Positions 62,775 through 64,000 of a DNA stretch of 64,000 bases are shown piece after piece. Position 1 is the first letter of the stretch; every line of letters begins with the position of its first letter. The notes below the pieces were generated by a model. That model saw only the letters and a program-made list of their open reading frames with translations. It made no database searches and was not told where the DNA came from. The DNA is from Okamejei kenojei (Eukaryota): positions 558,001-622,000 of the forward strand of contig JAVHYY010000112.1 in the NCBI GenBank assembly GCA_035221665.1, in the 5' to 3' direction. The position numbers and the translations under genes were made by a program.

Positions 62775-64000
62775 CAACCTTATTCTGAAACTGTGGCCCC
62801 TGGTTCTGGACTACCCCAATATCGGGATCATGGTTCGTGCCTCTAGCGTGTCCAAACCCTTAATAATCGTATATGTTAAAATAAGGAATCCTCTCAGCCT
62901 TCTAAATTCCAGAGTATACATACCCAGCCGCTCCATCTTTCAGCATTTAACAGCCCCACCATCCCTGGATATAAAACCATGTGAACCTAAGCTCCATTCC
63001 CTCGGAAGCAAGACTATTGCGCGGCTAGATGCAGTAAAACGATTCCGGATATTGAGATAGTCCAGAAACAGAGGTCACAGTTTCCGAATGAGGGTTATTT
63101 TGGAAACATAGAAACAGAAAATTCGATACACTCGGCCCCTCGAGCCAGCAACGCCATTCAATATGATCATGGATGATCATCTAAAATTATTATGTTTATT
63201 CCACTGTTCCTGTTTATTCCACATATCTCTTGACTAATTCTTTGAAACATCCAACGAATTGTCATCCGCTGTATTCTGTGGTCGAATATTCCACAGATTC
63301 ACAACTCCTGGGTGAATTACATTTTCCCTCATCACAGTCCTAAATAGGCATATCCTTATCCATAAATGTTGACCCCTTGCTCTGGACTGCACGAACATCG
63401 GGAACACGTTCCCTGCATCTAGTTTGTGTCCAATCGTTTGATAATATTATATGTTTCTATCAGATCCCCTCTTATTATTCTAATTGCCAGTGAATACAAG
63501 GCGACTCAACCATTTATTTTACCATCTGTCAGTCCCGCCATCGCGGGAATTAACCTGGAGTACCGGCGCTGCACTTCCTCAATAGCAATCATCTCCTTTC
63601 TCAAATTAGGAGACCAAAATCGCTCACAAATGCGGTGTCACCAGGGCCCAACGCAACTTAGGAATGCGATGAGGAAAATCTGACGAAGAGAGTTGTGAAT
63701 CTGTGGAATGCACTACCACAGAAAGCAGTGGAGGCCAATTCATGGGAAGATTTCACGAAAGAGTTAAATTTAGCTCTTAGGACTTAAAGTAAATAAGGGA
63801 TATGGGGAGAAGGCAGGAGCGGGTACTGATTTTAAATAGAGACATCGAAACATAGACAATAGGAGCAGGTGGAGTCCATTCGGCCGTTGAACTGCCATTC
63901 ATGTGATCATGGCTGATGAGCCACTATCAGTGATCCGTGCCTGACGTCTCCCCATGAAATGTGATTCTCCCAGTGGCAAGAGCACTATCTAGTTCTCTTT
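62775..64000. mobile_element. Mosaic of CR1 3' fragments in both orientations
   Basis: Multiple CR1 RT C-terminal and 3' UTR pieces. Confidence 0.75.

Noticed and set aside
1-64000. D/J segments, 12-RSSs, constant exons, CRISPR or prokaryotic systems
   Set aside because: None seen by manual reading; no FGXG J motif with a 12-RSS was recognised, so the locus identity (alpha/delta) rests on V sequence features only.

Overview
Vertebrate genomic DNA, most likely a cartilaginous fish such as a skate or ray (inferred from the CR1, V-SINE and Penelope repeat types and the GPR139-like expansion). About two thirds of the window is retroelement and transposon debris: many CR1 LINEs, one full-length Gypsy LTR element, a decayed BEL/Pao element, a hAT-like DNA transposon, Penelope fragments carrying hammerhead-ribozyme cores, and V-SINEs. 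Two gene families are interleaved between the repeats. (1) Six T-cell-receptor-type V segments (alpha/delta-like) lie in mixed orientation and are all defective as written. The five whose 3' ends are in the window keep CAC-heptamer/23-bp-spacer/nonamer RSSs, and two of them sit tail-to-tail 42 bp apart. (2) Five copies of a two-exon GPR139-like class A GPCR are present. One is intact (347 aa, minus strand 29509-24788) and four are pseudogenes, one of them split and partly inverted between two inverted CR1 copies. The main candidate 'system' is an orphan-GPCR array embedded in a RAG-rearranging TCR V array. Two assembly gaps lie at 41073-41483 and 42236-42370.
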